Assembly: GCF_021028975.2 (NCBI RefSeq)
Contig: NC_059429.1
Location: 78,616,001 to 78,680,000 of the forward strand
Source of the DNA: Sphaerodactylus townsendi
Lineage: Eukaryota
Direction: 5' to 3'
DNA length: 64,000 bases
The translations under genes were made by a program, and so were the position numbers. How positions within the stretch are numbered: the first letter of the stretch is position 1; each line of letters opens with the position of its first letter. Positions 38,732-50,388 of the stretch are shown here, piece by piece. The notes under the pieces were generated by a model that worked only from the letters and a program-made list of their open reading frames with translations, made no database searches and was not told where the DNA came from.

Positions 38732-40170
38732 TCTATCTAGTTGTTTGTTTGTTTGTTTGTTTCCCACCCTTTCCAATAGGGCTCAGGGTGGCGAACATCA
38801 ATATAAACCAGATAAAACAATACAATAAAATCAATGTAACAAAAAGCCATACCAATTAAAACTTACAACAGTAGAGCAATAAATAAGCAGATGGCGATAA
38901 AATCCCATAAAAGACACCCATGGGAGGTCACGATGTTCCTGTTAGGCCGGCTGGCAAAATATAAAAGCCTGGCAGAAGAGCTCGATCTTACAGGCCCTGT
39001 GGAACTCACTGATGTCCTGCAGGGCCCTCATCTCAGGTGGGAGCTCATTCCACCAGATGGGGGCCAGGGCCAAAAAAGCCCTGGCCCTAGTAGTTGCCAG
39101 CCGGACCTGTCTAGGGCCGGGGACCTCCAGCAAATTCCCCCCTGAGGAATGGAGGGGTCTAGAGGGGCAATATGGGAAGAGGCGGTCCCATAGGCATGTA
39201 GGTCCAAGACTGTTCACAGTCTTAAATGTCAAAACAAGCACCTTGAACCTGATCCAGAACTCGATCAGCAGCCAATGGAGTTGGTATGGGACCGGTGTAA
39301 TTTTACACATCTTTTGCCAATAAGCTACTTGATGTTCACATCCCAAAACACTCAAACTGGAGTAAATTGGTATGACAATAAATAGGCTTTCATTTTTAAT
39401 AACGCTGAGGGAAGAGTTATTTGTCTAAAAGTCAGAAGAATCCTTTTTCTTGCTGGCATTAATGGCAGCCATCTAACTGCAATTAGATGCATACTGACCA
39501 ATACAAAGTATAATCTGATTTGGCAGCAATTGAAGAAATTGTACTTCAGCCTTTCCAACAGTTTGGCAATGATTTAAAGGAGCAGAAGGCAATTTTTGCA
39601 CATTAACTTGGTTGATGTTTTCTTCAAAGCATAGTGTGTTTGCATTGAAGGTGAAATGATTATTTGTAGTAGTAGGTCTCTCCCACTTTTATTCAGTGAG
39701 GGATTCCAATGTAACTTCTAAACACTTAGCACTGCTGGACTCTAAGGCAAGTTGATCATAAATAGCAGTTACTGTTTTACCTGTTAGCAAGCACTGTGTA
39801 GCCACAAAATCCATAACAGATTGTTGCTGTGTTTCATTACTGTCACACTTTAGTATTTTCTCCAGACTGTCTCGCAAGGGCGTCTTATCAACCACAGAAG
39901 TTTCTCCCAAAGAATTAAAACTATCTGGAATGGATAGTAATTCTTCCGATTCAAGTACTGCATATCTTTAACTTAAAGGGACATCAACAGAGTCTCTCAT
40001 TCTTCCTGGGAAAATACATTTCATAAGACTTTGATTGTTTGACAGGTTTTGTGAACGACCAAAGCTTGTATGACTTCATTTTTTGCATGTCAAATTGTAA
40101 TACAGTAGGGTAAGAGAATTGTAAAGCCTCTCACCATTAATAGCCTGTTCTGTCCATCCACTCCCAAATT
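37820..40170 (-). pseudogene. Possible decayed large coding exon(s) of an unidentified gene, antisense in the FAM107-like intron
   Basis: Successive 50-75 codon stop-free, K/E/S-rich frames linked by frameshifts (39689-39910, ~38470-38640, 38212-38418), interrupted by the L2 insertion. No family recognised. Confidence 0.3.
38697..39308 (-). mobile_element. 5'-truncated L2-clade LINE
   Basis: LHWL.IEF.I.FKVL.LTFK...WN.LP C-terminus of L2 ORF2; (TAAA)n/(CAAA)n tail at 38697-38760; flanks share TCTTTT(A/G)CCAAT as a probable TSD. Confidence 0.85.
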
Positions 40171-40519
40171 CTTTTAATGAAGAGATAAGAAGCCAGTTGT
40201 TAAAAAGTCAGCTCTCTATACCGTAAAATAAACCTAATTAAAACCCAACTGACAAAAATAAAACAAGGAGCTAGGGAGCAAGAAAACACAGCCAATCTGA
40301 CGCCATCTTCAGTTCCTGTATTATTTTTGTCAGATCAGAGGTGAGATAGAGTTTAGGCTGAGAAGCACTTTTAACTTAACTATTTTTTCCACTCAGTATT
40401 TATAGAGTGACTTTAGCAGACAGGGCAAATAAACTAACACTTAATCCTGAAAAAAAATGGAGGGGCTGTTGGTGAGCTGAAGGATGGACCCAAGAATTCA
40501 GGCATCTTCTGTAATGGAT

Positions 40520-40735
40520 TAGCGTTGCCAGGTCCTCCTAGGCACTAGAAGGGTTGCCAGCTCCAGGTCAGGAAACCTCTGGAGATTTGGGGGTGGAGCC
40601 TCAAGAGGACAGGGACCTCAGCAGAGTGCAATGCCATGGAGTCCATCCTCCAAAACAACCATTTTATCCAGGGAAACTGATGTCTGTAGTCTGGAGATGA
40701 CCTGCAATTCCAGGAGATCCCCAGGTTGGTATCCC
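40520..40735. mobile_element. MITE of the GGGTTGCCA...GGCAACCC family (relatives at ~30260-30460 and ~44905-45075)
   Basis: Shared GGGTTGCCA(A/G)CTC..GGAGATTTGGGGGTGGAGCC..TGTAGTCTGGAGAT..GCAATTCCAGGAG core in three copies. Confidence 0.55.
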
Positions 40736-41353
40736 TATTCTGGATGTGACTGCACTCCCCCTAAAGGAGTAGGTTCATAGCATGGCAGAGGCATAGCAAA
40801 GGGGGAAAGCGCCCTCCACCGCGTCCAGCCCCTGGTGCATCCTCCACCCTGTCCCACCCCATCCCGCCCCGCCCCTGGAACGCCCCCGCCACACCCCCAC
40901 AGGGGAGCATGCCTGGTGCATCGCATACCCCCCTGTCCCCTTGGAGCTACGCCTCTGTAGCATGGGTGTGTTGCGGGACCCGGATCTCCTGTTAGATAAG
41001 CGGGTGCAGTGGTGGCCAGGAGTGCTTTTCATCAACGTTGAACCTCGCTTGGGTTAAAAAAAATCTTGCCACTGTGGTGCACACCCTGGTAACATTTAAT
41101 TTAGACCACTGCAGTTCACTGTATGTGGGGCTGCCAACAAAGATCGTCTGGAAGTTACAATGACTGTTACAGCCAGAATGCTGATTGGAGTGGTCATACA
41201 GACTATTGTTCCAGTCTTTTTCTACAACACTAGCTCTTTCCAATTTGTTCTGGGTCTAATTCAAAGTGCTATTGATTTCTAAAGCTCAATACAGCTTGAG
41301 ATCAGCATACTGTAAGGACTGTCTGCTCCCATATGAACCTACACAATAACTAT

Positions 41354-41497
41354 GGGGTCTGCAACCTGCGGCTCTCCAGATGTTCATGGACGACAATTCC
41401 CATCAGTCCCTGCCAGCATGGCCAATTGACCATGCTGGCAGGGACTGATGGGATTTGTAGTCCATGAACATCTGGAGAGCCGCAGGTTGCAGACCCC
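41354..41497. mobile_element. Near-perfect palindromic MITE
   Basis: GGGGTCTGCAACCTGCGGCTCTCCAGATGTTCATGGAC... and its reverse complement, centred on GCCAATTGAC; ~70-bp arms. Confidence 0.8.
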
Positions 41498-41899
41498 AAT
41501 ACTCCAAAGGCCTTTTTTTTTTGGTGCCTCCATAGTCTGAGGTGAGACATGTGGTAATTCAAGAAAGATTCTTCTTGGCAATGGAACCAAACATATGGAA
41601 TTCCTCCTCAGGGAGATGCATCTATTTCTCTCCATCACTGTCCTCCACCAGTGGGTTAAAACTTTTCTGCTTTGTTTGGGGTTTTCTTACTGACATCTTC
41701 ATGTTTATGAATTTTTAACTGTTTTAAATAAAGCTGATTTTGGTTATTTTGATTGTTTCCCACCCTCAGGGGGCTAAGTTGGGTAGAAAGGTTACAGTAA
41801 AATAATTTTAATAAAATAAATTAATTCTGTTTTTTGAGTTTATCCACTGCTTTCTTAAAATGCTTGTCCGTTTCCTAATTTCAGATTTTTCTGTTCTAG

Positions 41900-41936
41900 G
41901 GTGAATACAGAACCCATAAAAGCAGACTGAATACGG
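41900..41936 (+). CDS. Probable exon 2 of the FAM107-like gene (GEYRTHKSRLNT)
   Basis: Branch-like CTAAT, pyrimidine tract and TAG acceptor; GTAGGA donor; phase 0 to 1 exactly bridges 32625 and 44285. Confidence 0.45.
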
Positions 41937-42988
41937 GTAGGAACATTTTACATTTGAGGAAAAAGGAGGGGCAATAAAAGTAGAGAGAAACTGAATTAGA
42001 GAAGCTCATCTTGTTGGGAATGGAAATAGAAGTTGTTTTCTCCTTTGTAACAGAATTTTCTCATTGTCCATATTAGCAGAATTCTGTTGTGTACTTTATG
42101 GCCCTGATTTTAAAAAAAGGATTATGGGTGGCCCTGATTTAAAAAAAAATTCTCAAAAGAAATACTAGGAAGGGCATCCAATTATACATTTCATTTTGAA
42201 TGTTCCTCTATCACCTGTTGGGGACCCAAACAGCCCCTGGGCATTCCCATTCTGTGGGGACCCGGGGACCCATCCTTAGAGTCTTTTCACCAAAGCAGCA
42301 ACACATGAGGCATCTTTAAGGCAAGGCTTCTGCTTCATTGCTTGACTTTAACAACCCCACTGCCTGACAATCAGCTGGGACACATCCTTGACCCAGGGTT
42401 GTGGGAAAAATGGGATGTGGGGGTAGCAACAGTTTCCTACAGGAATTGGTCAAATCCCATGGGCGTTTCAGAGGGATGGAGCCTCCAAAGGGCAAGCCAG
42501 ACCTATCATAAGACAAAGGGAAATCCTCAGAGTGTTGGCTCTTGCGCTTCAGGTTGAAACAAGCAAGATCATTAGGTGGAGAGCAAGGGTGAAGGAAATC
42601 CCTTTCAGTCTGAGACATGTGGAAGAGTACACAGAGCCCTCTGCTAGCAATAATCTGTCAGGCTGGTCTCCCCAACTTGTGGGTCAGGATCCAAAAGTGA
42701 ATTGTGAAGCCTCTGAAAGTGGGTCATAGCCAACCCTTGTTCATGGGACCTCCTGCACCTTCCATCCTTCTCTTTCTTTCCTCTTCACTAGCTTCTCACA
42801 TTGTCATCTTCCCCTCCTTTGTGACAGTAATGAAGGGGGGAGAGCCATCCTGCAATTACTAATTTCACAGTAGTAGCAGAAAGAACGGGGGAAAGGTTGG
42901 AGCTCTTCAGCATCTGGAAAAATCTGGAGGGTAGAAAAAAGCATCTGGAGGGTAGAAAAAAGTGTCTGCGTACACTGACTCTATTTTG

Positions 42989-43106
42989 AGCCGCTTCCGC
43001 ACAATTGTTTGAAAGTGGATTTTGCTATTCCGCACAGTAAAATCCAGTTGCAAAGTGCACTGAAAGTGGATTGAAAGTGTATTATTCTGCATGTGCGGAA
43101 GGGGCC
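42989..43106. mobile_element. PIF/Harbinger-type MITE (internally deleted copy)
   Basis: Same family as 28538-28688; TSD TTG. Confidence 0.7.
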
Positions 43107-44284
43107 TTGATATTGTTCCTTCAGCAGCCCAGCCTCTTGCCTAGCTCCCTGCACTGCTTCACTGGCTTCTATCTGCTGTGAAGGATGTACTACATCAAGT
43201 CCCTTGGCATCAACCTCTTCACTGTCATCTTCATGTATCCCCACCCAGAGCCCCTCCCCCCACCAAAAAAGCATGCCTCTTCATACTCCAGCCCTGGTCA
43301 GATGGCAGAGGAGAAGGAGTTTGGGGTTTTTTGTGGTGGCAGCTGTCCCGTTGTGTAATGTTTGTGGTTTCTCAGAAACATTTGGTTAAGCACTGCAGAA
43401 AATGGAATGCTGGAATAGATGGGTGCCAACGCCATAGTTTGCCTAAGATACTCAAAAAACCTGGAGCCAGCCCTGGATGGGTCACTGTACAAAGAAAATC
43501 TGGATGTGTGGCTCTCCATTTGAAAAGAGTGGTAACTACTATTCTACAGTGCCATCCAGATTGTCCCCTGAACACAAACACTCTAGCACTCTGTTCCTAT
43601 ATGATTACTAGTGGAGGAAATAATCTTGTTGTAGAGTTTGCTTCAGGACAAAGGTGGGGAGAGCGCGCAGCAGCCAGATTTTGCCAGTAATCCACTAAAT
43701 TTCTGACTGAAAGAGGATTTGGATTGCTAGCCATTGACCAGGTCCTAAAATCTTTCCACTACAATACCAAGGTCTCCCCTCCCACCCCCAACCCCCTTTT
43801 TGCTTTATGCTCTGTTTGTTTATAGAAGATAGCTTTATATTAGCATTTAGTATGGGTTTCCAAATGAGTTTAAAATGCTTTGCAATTTTTCTGCCGTTGA
43901 TGACTGCATAAATGTACTCTCACACAGTAAATTAAAGGTTAAAGCCATGAATTTCAGAAATAGTACAAACTCAGTGGCTGGAATTTGTTTCACCACATGG
44001 GGGCACATTTATACAATATAATTAACTGTGCCGGAATCACTGTGACAGCGTTCCTGCAACTGCGTTGAAAAATCCTCTGAGCTAAATCTCAGAAATCTGC
44101 ATGGTGATTGCCTTTAGTCCAGCAAAAGTACTCAGGCAACTTTAAAAAATGATGAGCTCCTCAAAGCCATTTTTTTCCCATCATAGCACCATCTGTGGTG
44201 AATAGTGGTATGCTGGCCACCTGATTGCTTACTACTGCCAAATACTGAAGTTCATGACAGATGGCCTTTATTATTGTGTTTCAG

Positions 44285-44432
44285 ATGGAAACAGTGGGAA
44301 CTTTGAGCATGGCACCTACCAGGCATCTGGGAGCCACAAAGGACTAATTGAGCCCAAGAAACTGCCGAACCCAGTAAAGGAGTCTAAGCACCATCGAGAG
44401 ATGCACCGGGAGTTGCTTTTCACTCATAGGAA
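44285..44432 (+). CDS. FAM107-family (DRR1/HITS-like) exon
   Basis: TTTCAG acceptor; ...GLIEPKKLPNPVKESKHHREMHRELLFTHR, matching the FAM107A/B motif LI.P.KL.NPVK.S..H..LHRELL; GTGAGT donor. Confidence 0.9.
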
Positions 44433-45250
44433 GTGAGTGGATCTCTAATCCAGGGATTGTTGTAGGGAGATTACTGCTGTGAAGGGATGATTCTTATAAG
44501 ATTATTCAAAGGACCATTCCTGTTCTACTGCCCACCTCTTCCTCTGCCACCTGGGTCTGGAATCGCTTGGTTTGGACATGAACCAATGAGATAGCTCTGT
44601 GTGATATTATGGGATCTCCTCCACTAAGCCAATGAGAGAACGTGAGTACCTAACACAGGAAAGTTTTGCGTGAAACATAGGAAAGAAGGCATCTCAGATT
44701 TTTTAAAGGTAGAATTTAAATTCAGAAACCCAGCGATTCCTGGTAGACCAGATAACCCATTCCAGGAGAAATAATTTCGGGACTTATCAGGGAAGTCTTG
44801 GGCTTCTAAGAGACACTTTGCCTGATGGGAAACCATAAAGATGGATGAAAAATTAAAACCTATTAGGTACTACAAATTTTTATCATCTACTCACTGACTT
44901 TGTTGGGGTTGCCAACTCAGGATTGGGAGATTTAGCAGCAGAGACTTGGGAGGGAGCTCATCAGGGATATGTTTTCCAAAACTGTTGTTAATCTCCAGTG
45001 GAATTGAGGCCTGTAGTCTGTACATAAATTGTAATTCTGGGAGCTATCCAGGTTTCACCTGGAGTTTGCAATCCTAGTTAAGAACCTAGGGTTATACTGG
45101 ACCTGGCATTACTGACGAAGAAGCACGTTAATGCATCTACTTAAAAAGAAGCAGCTTTTTTTCCAACCTAGTTTAACCCTGAAGAAGGGCCCCTCCCTTG
45201 AGTTGACATACAAAGCCTGTCATAGCCTTGGATCCTCATGGCCTCAATAC

Positions 45251-45389
45251 CAGTGGTAGGATTCAAATACTTTAACAACTGGTTCCGAAAGGACTCAGTG
45301 GTAGGATTACAACCGGTTCTCTGAACTAGAAAAAAAAATTAGCTACCGGTTCTACAGAATAGGTGTGAATAGGCTGAATCCCACCACTG
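45251..45389. mobile_element. hAT MITE, same family as 13074-13174
   Basis: CAGTGGTAGGATTCAAATA...GAATCCCACCACTG, with a partial TSD CTCAA. Confidence 0.7.
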
Positions 45390-45697
45390 CTCAAGATGAT
45401 CTCTCTACCTATGTCCTTTTGTGACATCTTTGCTCATTTGAACAAGGCCTTCTGCAGGTGCCACCTTGAATGTGGGCAGGATCAATAATTGCCCATACCC
45501 CTCCCTTCTCTGTAGTGGCTGTGATGCTGCCGAATTCTTTGCCTGAGAAAGTCAGAAATGTTCCCATGCTCCTGCTATTTCACCAACCGTAAAACACAAT
45601 TATTCAGGAGGACATGTTTGTGAAGGAAATAGGGCTACATCATTACAGATTGGCCCAAGAAAATGTACTGTGTTTCTACTGTGTGTTCCTGCAATCC

Positions 45698-45753
45698 AGG
45701 GGGTTGAACTTGATGATCCTTGGGGTCTCTTCCAACTCTATGATTCTATGATG
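45698..45753 (+). mobile_element. CR1 LINE extreme 3' end
   Basis: GGGGTTGAACTTGATGATCC...TTCCAACTCTATGATTCTATGAT, the CR1 (ATTCTATG)n terminus. Confidence 0.7.
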
Positions 45754-46013
45754 CAATACCATAATATTAATGTTTAATACTTTTGCTTTGTTCAGATGAT
45801 AACTCCATTTCAAATTTTTGTAATTCCTAGTCTTATTACATTGCTCATTAGAGATGTCTTATTGATTACATTGATTTACATTGTGCAGTCTGCCTTGAAT
45901 CTCAGTGAGAAAGGTATACTATAAGTAACACAAATAAAATAATAAATCCTAATAATAATCCTGTGAGATCCTTCACAGTCACAGATCCTTCATTTTGTGT
46001 TGTTTTGTCTTAG

Positions 46014-46158
46014 GGGGCTATTTCCAGAACATAAGCCTGAGCTTCAGAGAGTACTAGAAACCAGGAGACTCAAGCAGCTGAAGCAACAGGACGAAACACA
46101 CACTCCCTTAAGAGACTTGGAAGAAGAGCTGAGAAAAAGACAGCAGAAACTTGACCAG
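46014..46158 (+). CDS. FAM107-family exon (coiled coil)
   Basis: GLFPEHKPELQRVLETRRLKQLKQQDETHTPLRDLEEELRKRQQKLDQ carries the KPELQ.V.E.R and EL..RQQKL FAM107 motifs; canonical splice sites with consistent phase. Confidence 0.9.
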
Positions 46159-46659
46159 GTTTGTTCTTGATAAGCCACAACAATGTCTCAGCCATCTCAT
46201 GGCATAGTTATCATCTGAGTACAATATTCCTCCATAATAGTCCCCCAGTATGTTAAGGCCGCTGACTCTGTGTCAATTGTTTTCTTCCTAACCCTCATTT
46301 AATCACAGTTTCTCTCCATGCAAATCCTTACTGGTTCTCAGTATCATCATCACTTTCATTTACCATGGCACAATAAATCCTTAGTTCTCTGCCCCAGGTT
46401 TTCAACCTAGCTGTGGTATGCTGGCAAGTTCAATGTTTGGGAGGATTTCTTAATGAAACAACAACCTTTGGTGACAAGTGAGCTCAAATGTATTCATGGG
46501 CTGTAGGATACTGATTTCTTTATTATATCTCTTGTACTATGCCAGAGGCTGTATAGTAAGTAGAGCAGTTGTTGTAAATAGGTATCTTCCTAAACATGTA
46601 ACAGTTTGCATCTAGGCAGACACCATAACAGAATCAGATGGTGCTCTAGATGCTTAACC

Positions 46660-49117
46660 CTTAACTCTTGAAGCTGCGGCTGGACATGCCGCGCCACCCC
46701 TGTCTAGGCGACGGGCTGATTTATGCCCGCCCGCAGAGACTTATGGATCCAATTGCTTTCCTGAATGCTCTGTGGGACCCTGAACCCGCCGGCACACTCA
46801 ATGAGCAGGTGGAGGATTGGAATTCCCGCCTCTCCGATGCCATTGAGACTGTTGCCCCCCGGCGTCCTCTGCGCCCCCGTGCAAGGCGGGCTCCGTGGTA
46901 TACAGAGGAGCTGCGCCATATGAAACAGGTGCTGAGATGTCTAGAGCGAGTGTGGAGGAAATCTCGTGACGAAGCTGCGTGAACATCCTATAGGACGTTT
47001 ATGAAAGCCTATGAGATGGCGATGAAGGAGGCAAAGAGGGTCTTCTCCTCCTCCTCTCTCGCATCTGCTAGCTCTCGCCCGGCACAATTATTTCGGATAA
47101 TTCGATCCCTGACCTCTTTATCAGAGGGCCCTACAAATTGTGAATTGGCTATCAGCTGTGAGGCATTTATGAGCTTTTTTGCAGATAAAGTCGCATCGCT
47201 CCGCCGGGACCTTCCTGCCACCTTAACTACAATTAGCGAACTGGAGGCTCCCTTGCCGTCTTCTGGCCCTTGTTTGGTCCAGTTTTCCCTGCTCTCCGAA
47301 GCCACTGTTGACAGGGCCCTGGCTGCTGTTAGACCTACTACCTGTCCTCTGGATCCGTGCCCTTCCTGTCTGATTAAAACTTGCCGGGAGGAGCTACGAC
47401 CCCACGTGTTGAAGATCATCAATGACTCTCTTGAGCAAGGAGTCTTTCCAGATGGGTTGAAGGAGGCAGTGGTCTGCCCACTCTTGAAAAGACCATCGTT
47501 AGATCCTGGAGATCTGGCCAATTACCGCCCCGTCTCGAATCTTTCGTTTCTGGGGAAGGTAATTGAGAGAGTGGTGTTGGAGCAGCTTCAAGGCTTCCTG
47601 GATGACACATCGACTTTTGATCTCTTCCAGTCCGGCTTCTGTGCTGGGCATGGGACGGAGACGGTTCTCGTCGCTGTGACAGATACGCTCCGTATGCAAC
47701 TAGACCGAGGCGGATCGGCGCTGCGGGTGTTGTTAGATTTCACCGCAGTGTTTTATGTGGTCGACCATGACCTTTTGACCCACCGCCTGGCCGCCTCCGG
47801 GGTCCGGGGCATTGTCCTTCAATGGATTGTCTCGTTCCTCCGAGGGTGGAGGCAGCAAGTGTGGTGTGGGGACAAAGCTTCCTGGAGATGCCCGCTTCAT
47901 TGCGGTGCGCCTCAGGGGGCATTGTTGTCCCCACTGTTATTTAACATCTATATGCGACCCCTTGCTCAGGTTGTACGGAGCTTTGGGCTGATCTGCCATC
48001 AGTATGCTGACGACACTCAGCTCATTCTGTTGATGGAGGGGGGAGCTGCTGCCGCCCCTGCAGCTCTAAAGCATTGTTTGGAGGCAGTTGCTGGTTGGTT
48101 ATAACCGAGCAGGTTAAAACTTAATCCATCGAAGACGGAGATCCTTTGGCTCGGTCGGGGGGGAGAGATTGGGGATTTCCAGCCGCCAGTGTGGGAGGGG
48201 GTCACATTGGCGCCGACCTCCTCCGTCCGCAGCCTGGGGGTCCACCTGGATTCGTCTCTTTCAATGGAGCCCCAGGTGGCCCATATAACCCGGGTTGCGT
48301 TTTTCCACGTCCGACAGGCCTGTTGGCTGGCTCCCTTCCTCTCCAACACTGATCTAGCCACTGTGATCCACGCAACGGTCACCGCCAGGTTAGACTATTG
48401 TAACTCGCTCTACCAGGGCCTTCCCTTGTGTTTGATCCAGAAACTGAAACTGGTCCAACATGCGGCGGCCCGTCTGCTCACGGGGGGCGCCTTTCGAGAA
48501 CATATTCACCCTGTGTTGCGCCGCCTGCATTGGTTACCGGTGGAATTTCAAATCATCTTCAAGGTGTGGATATTGACCTTTAAGGCCTTACGCGGCCTGG
48601 GACCCTCGTACCTTCGGGACCACATTACCCCATGTGCCCCGGTTCGATCTCTGCGTTCAGTAGAGGCCAATTTACTGGAGATCCCTGGCCCCTCAATGAC
48701 GCGGCTGGCCTCCACTCAGGCCAGGGCCTTTACAGCTCTGGCCCCGGCCTGGTGGAACACTCCACCACCAGCAGTCCGGGCCCTGCGGGACCTTGGAGAG
48801 TTCTGCAGGGCCTGTAAGACCAAATTGTTCTGCCGGGCCTTTGGAGAGACCAGCTGCTGATGCTGACAGTGCCTCTGTCCCCCTCCCTCTGATTACAGGG
48901 GTCCTTAACATCAGTAAGACCCATTATTCCTTTCTGGGTATATGGGTTCCTTTCTGGGTATATGGGTTTCGTGGGACATAGTTTTAGAATGTAACTGTTT
49001 TTAAATTGTATGTATGTTTCCATATATAATATTTTATCTTGTTCACCGCCCTGAGCCCTTTGGGGATAGGGCGGTATATTAAATCTATCCAAATAAACAA
49101 ACAAACAAACAAATAAA
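46660..49117 (+). mobile_element. Young 5'-truncated L2-clade LINE, ORF2 reverse transcriptase
   Basis: One frame from 46668 to 48860, broken only by stops at 46980 and 48102. RT motifs NYRPVSNL, FQSGF, PQGALLSPLLFNIY and YADD; L2 C-terminal DYCNSL and LHWLPV; (AAAC)n/(AAAT) tail. Confidence 0.93.
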
Positions 49118-49440
49118 ATGTAAGTATGGAAAGAAGCAGAGTCATTACTGTCCAGGAGAGCAGTACCTTTTCAACTTGGTGTAATTCTAATAAACATAAA
49201 CGCTAAACTAAATACTTAAGATTTTCTGATATAGAAATGTATACATGGAGACCAACGAACAAAATATTAAAGCACTGCAAAGTAAATCATTCAACTATAA
49301 CTCTATGCTTATCGTCATTATCTAAATTTTATACAAGAAAAAACATCCTCTAAGGCACTTGACAATACCAATTAACTATCTGCCTCCCAAAAATTCGCCT
49401 TTGAAGCAGAAATAACAATATCAGGACTTTCCTCAACATA

Positions 49441-49984
49441 GGCCCTTTCCGCATGGGCCAAAAACGACAGCCTGGGGGCGGTAAAAACGCCGCCCCCAGA
49501 ACGCCGTTCGCACAGGTGGCGCTGCTGCAACGCAGCAGCGCCGACCTGACTGCGCTCCCCCTCCCCCAGGGCGGCGTCAGGCCGCCCTAAACAACAACCC
49601 TTTAAAGGGTTGTTGTTGAGGGGAAAGCGTCTTCCCGGCGGCGCGGTGCGAACCGCGCCGCCGGGAACACGCTGTTTCCCCTTCCCTTTCCCATGTACCT
49701 CTCGTGTCGCCGTCCTGCTGGCCTCCTAAGTCCCTCCCTCGCTGTCCTCCGACCCCTGGAGGTCGGAGGGCAGCGTGGGCGGGGCTGAGGAGGCCAGCAG
49801 GACGGCGACACGAGAGGTACATGGGAAAGGGAAGGGGGGAAGAGGCGGCTCCATACGGAGCCGCCTGCCGCCTGCCGGCCTCTCCAGAGGCCGTCCGCAT
49901 GCCTGCATGCGAACGGCCTCTGCCTCCACGCTGGCGGAATTCCTGCCGGTGTGGAGGCGCCCTTACGGCCGTGCGGAAACAGCC
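49441..49984. mobile_element. GC-rich Harbinger-type non-autonomous element with a long internal hairpin
   Basis: TIR GGCCCTTTCCGCA / TGCGGAAACAGCC; 3-bp TSD (ATA); internal inverted repeat at ~49678-49840. Confidence 0.75.
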
Positions 49985-50247
49985 ATAGAATAAGAACCAT
50001 TTTTCAATGCATTTATTTGTTGTTACTCGAATTAGTCTGTTCCCTTTAAATTTGGGGAATTGGAACAAATCTTGCAATATGGCCAAACCAGGATCTCCAC
50101 CAATGTCTACCAATGTCTTTCCCCTTAGAAATCCACACAAGCCAGAATTTAGGAGAAGGTTTTACAATTTTATTGAAGAGCCAAAAATAATCAAAATACA
50201 CACGCGATTCAGCAGAACACACACACACAGAGTTTCAAGGAGCCTAG

Positions 50248-50388
50248 GGTCCCTTCCGCACACGCAAAATAATGCATTTTCAAACCACTTTCACAACTGT
50301 TTGCAAGTGGATTTTGCTATTCCGCACAGCTTCAAAGAGCACTGAAAGCAGTTTGAAAGTGCATTATTCTGCATGTGCGGAATGAGCC
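50248..50388. mobile_element. PIF/Harbinger-type MITE
   Basis: Same family as 28538-28688; TSD TAG. Confidence 0.8.

Noticed and set aside
43178-43690. 170-aa plus-strand ORF in the FAM107-like intron
   Set aside because: No domain, no convincing splice context or start codon, and composition is not protein-like.
49577-50140. 187-aa and overlapping ORFs on both strands
   Set aside because: Artefacts of a GC-rich palindromic MITE.
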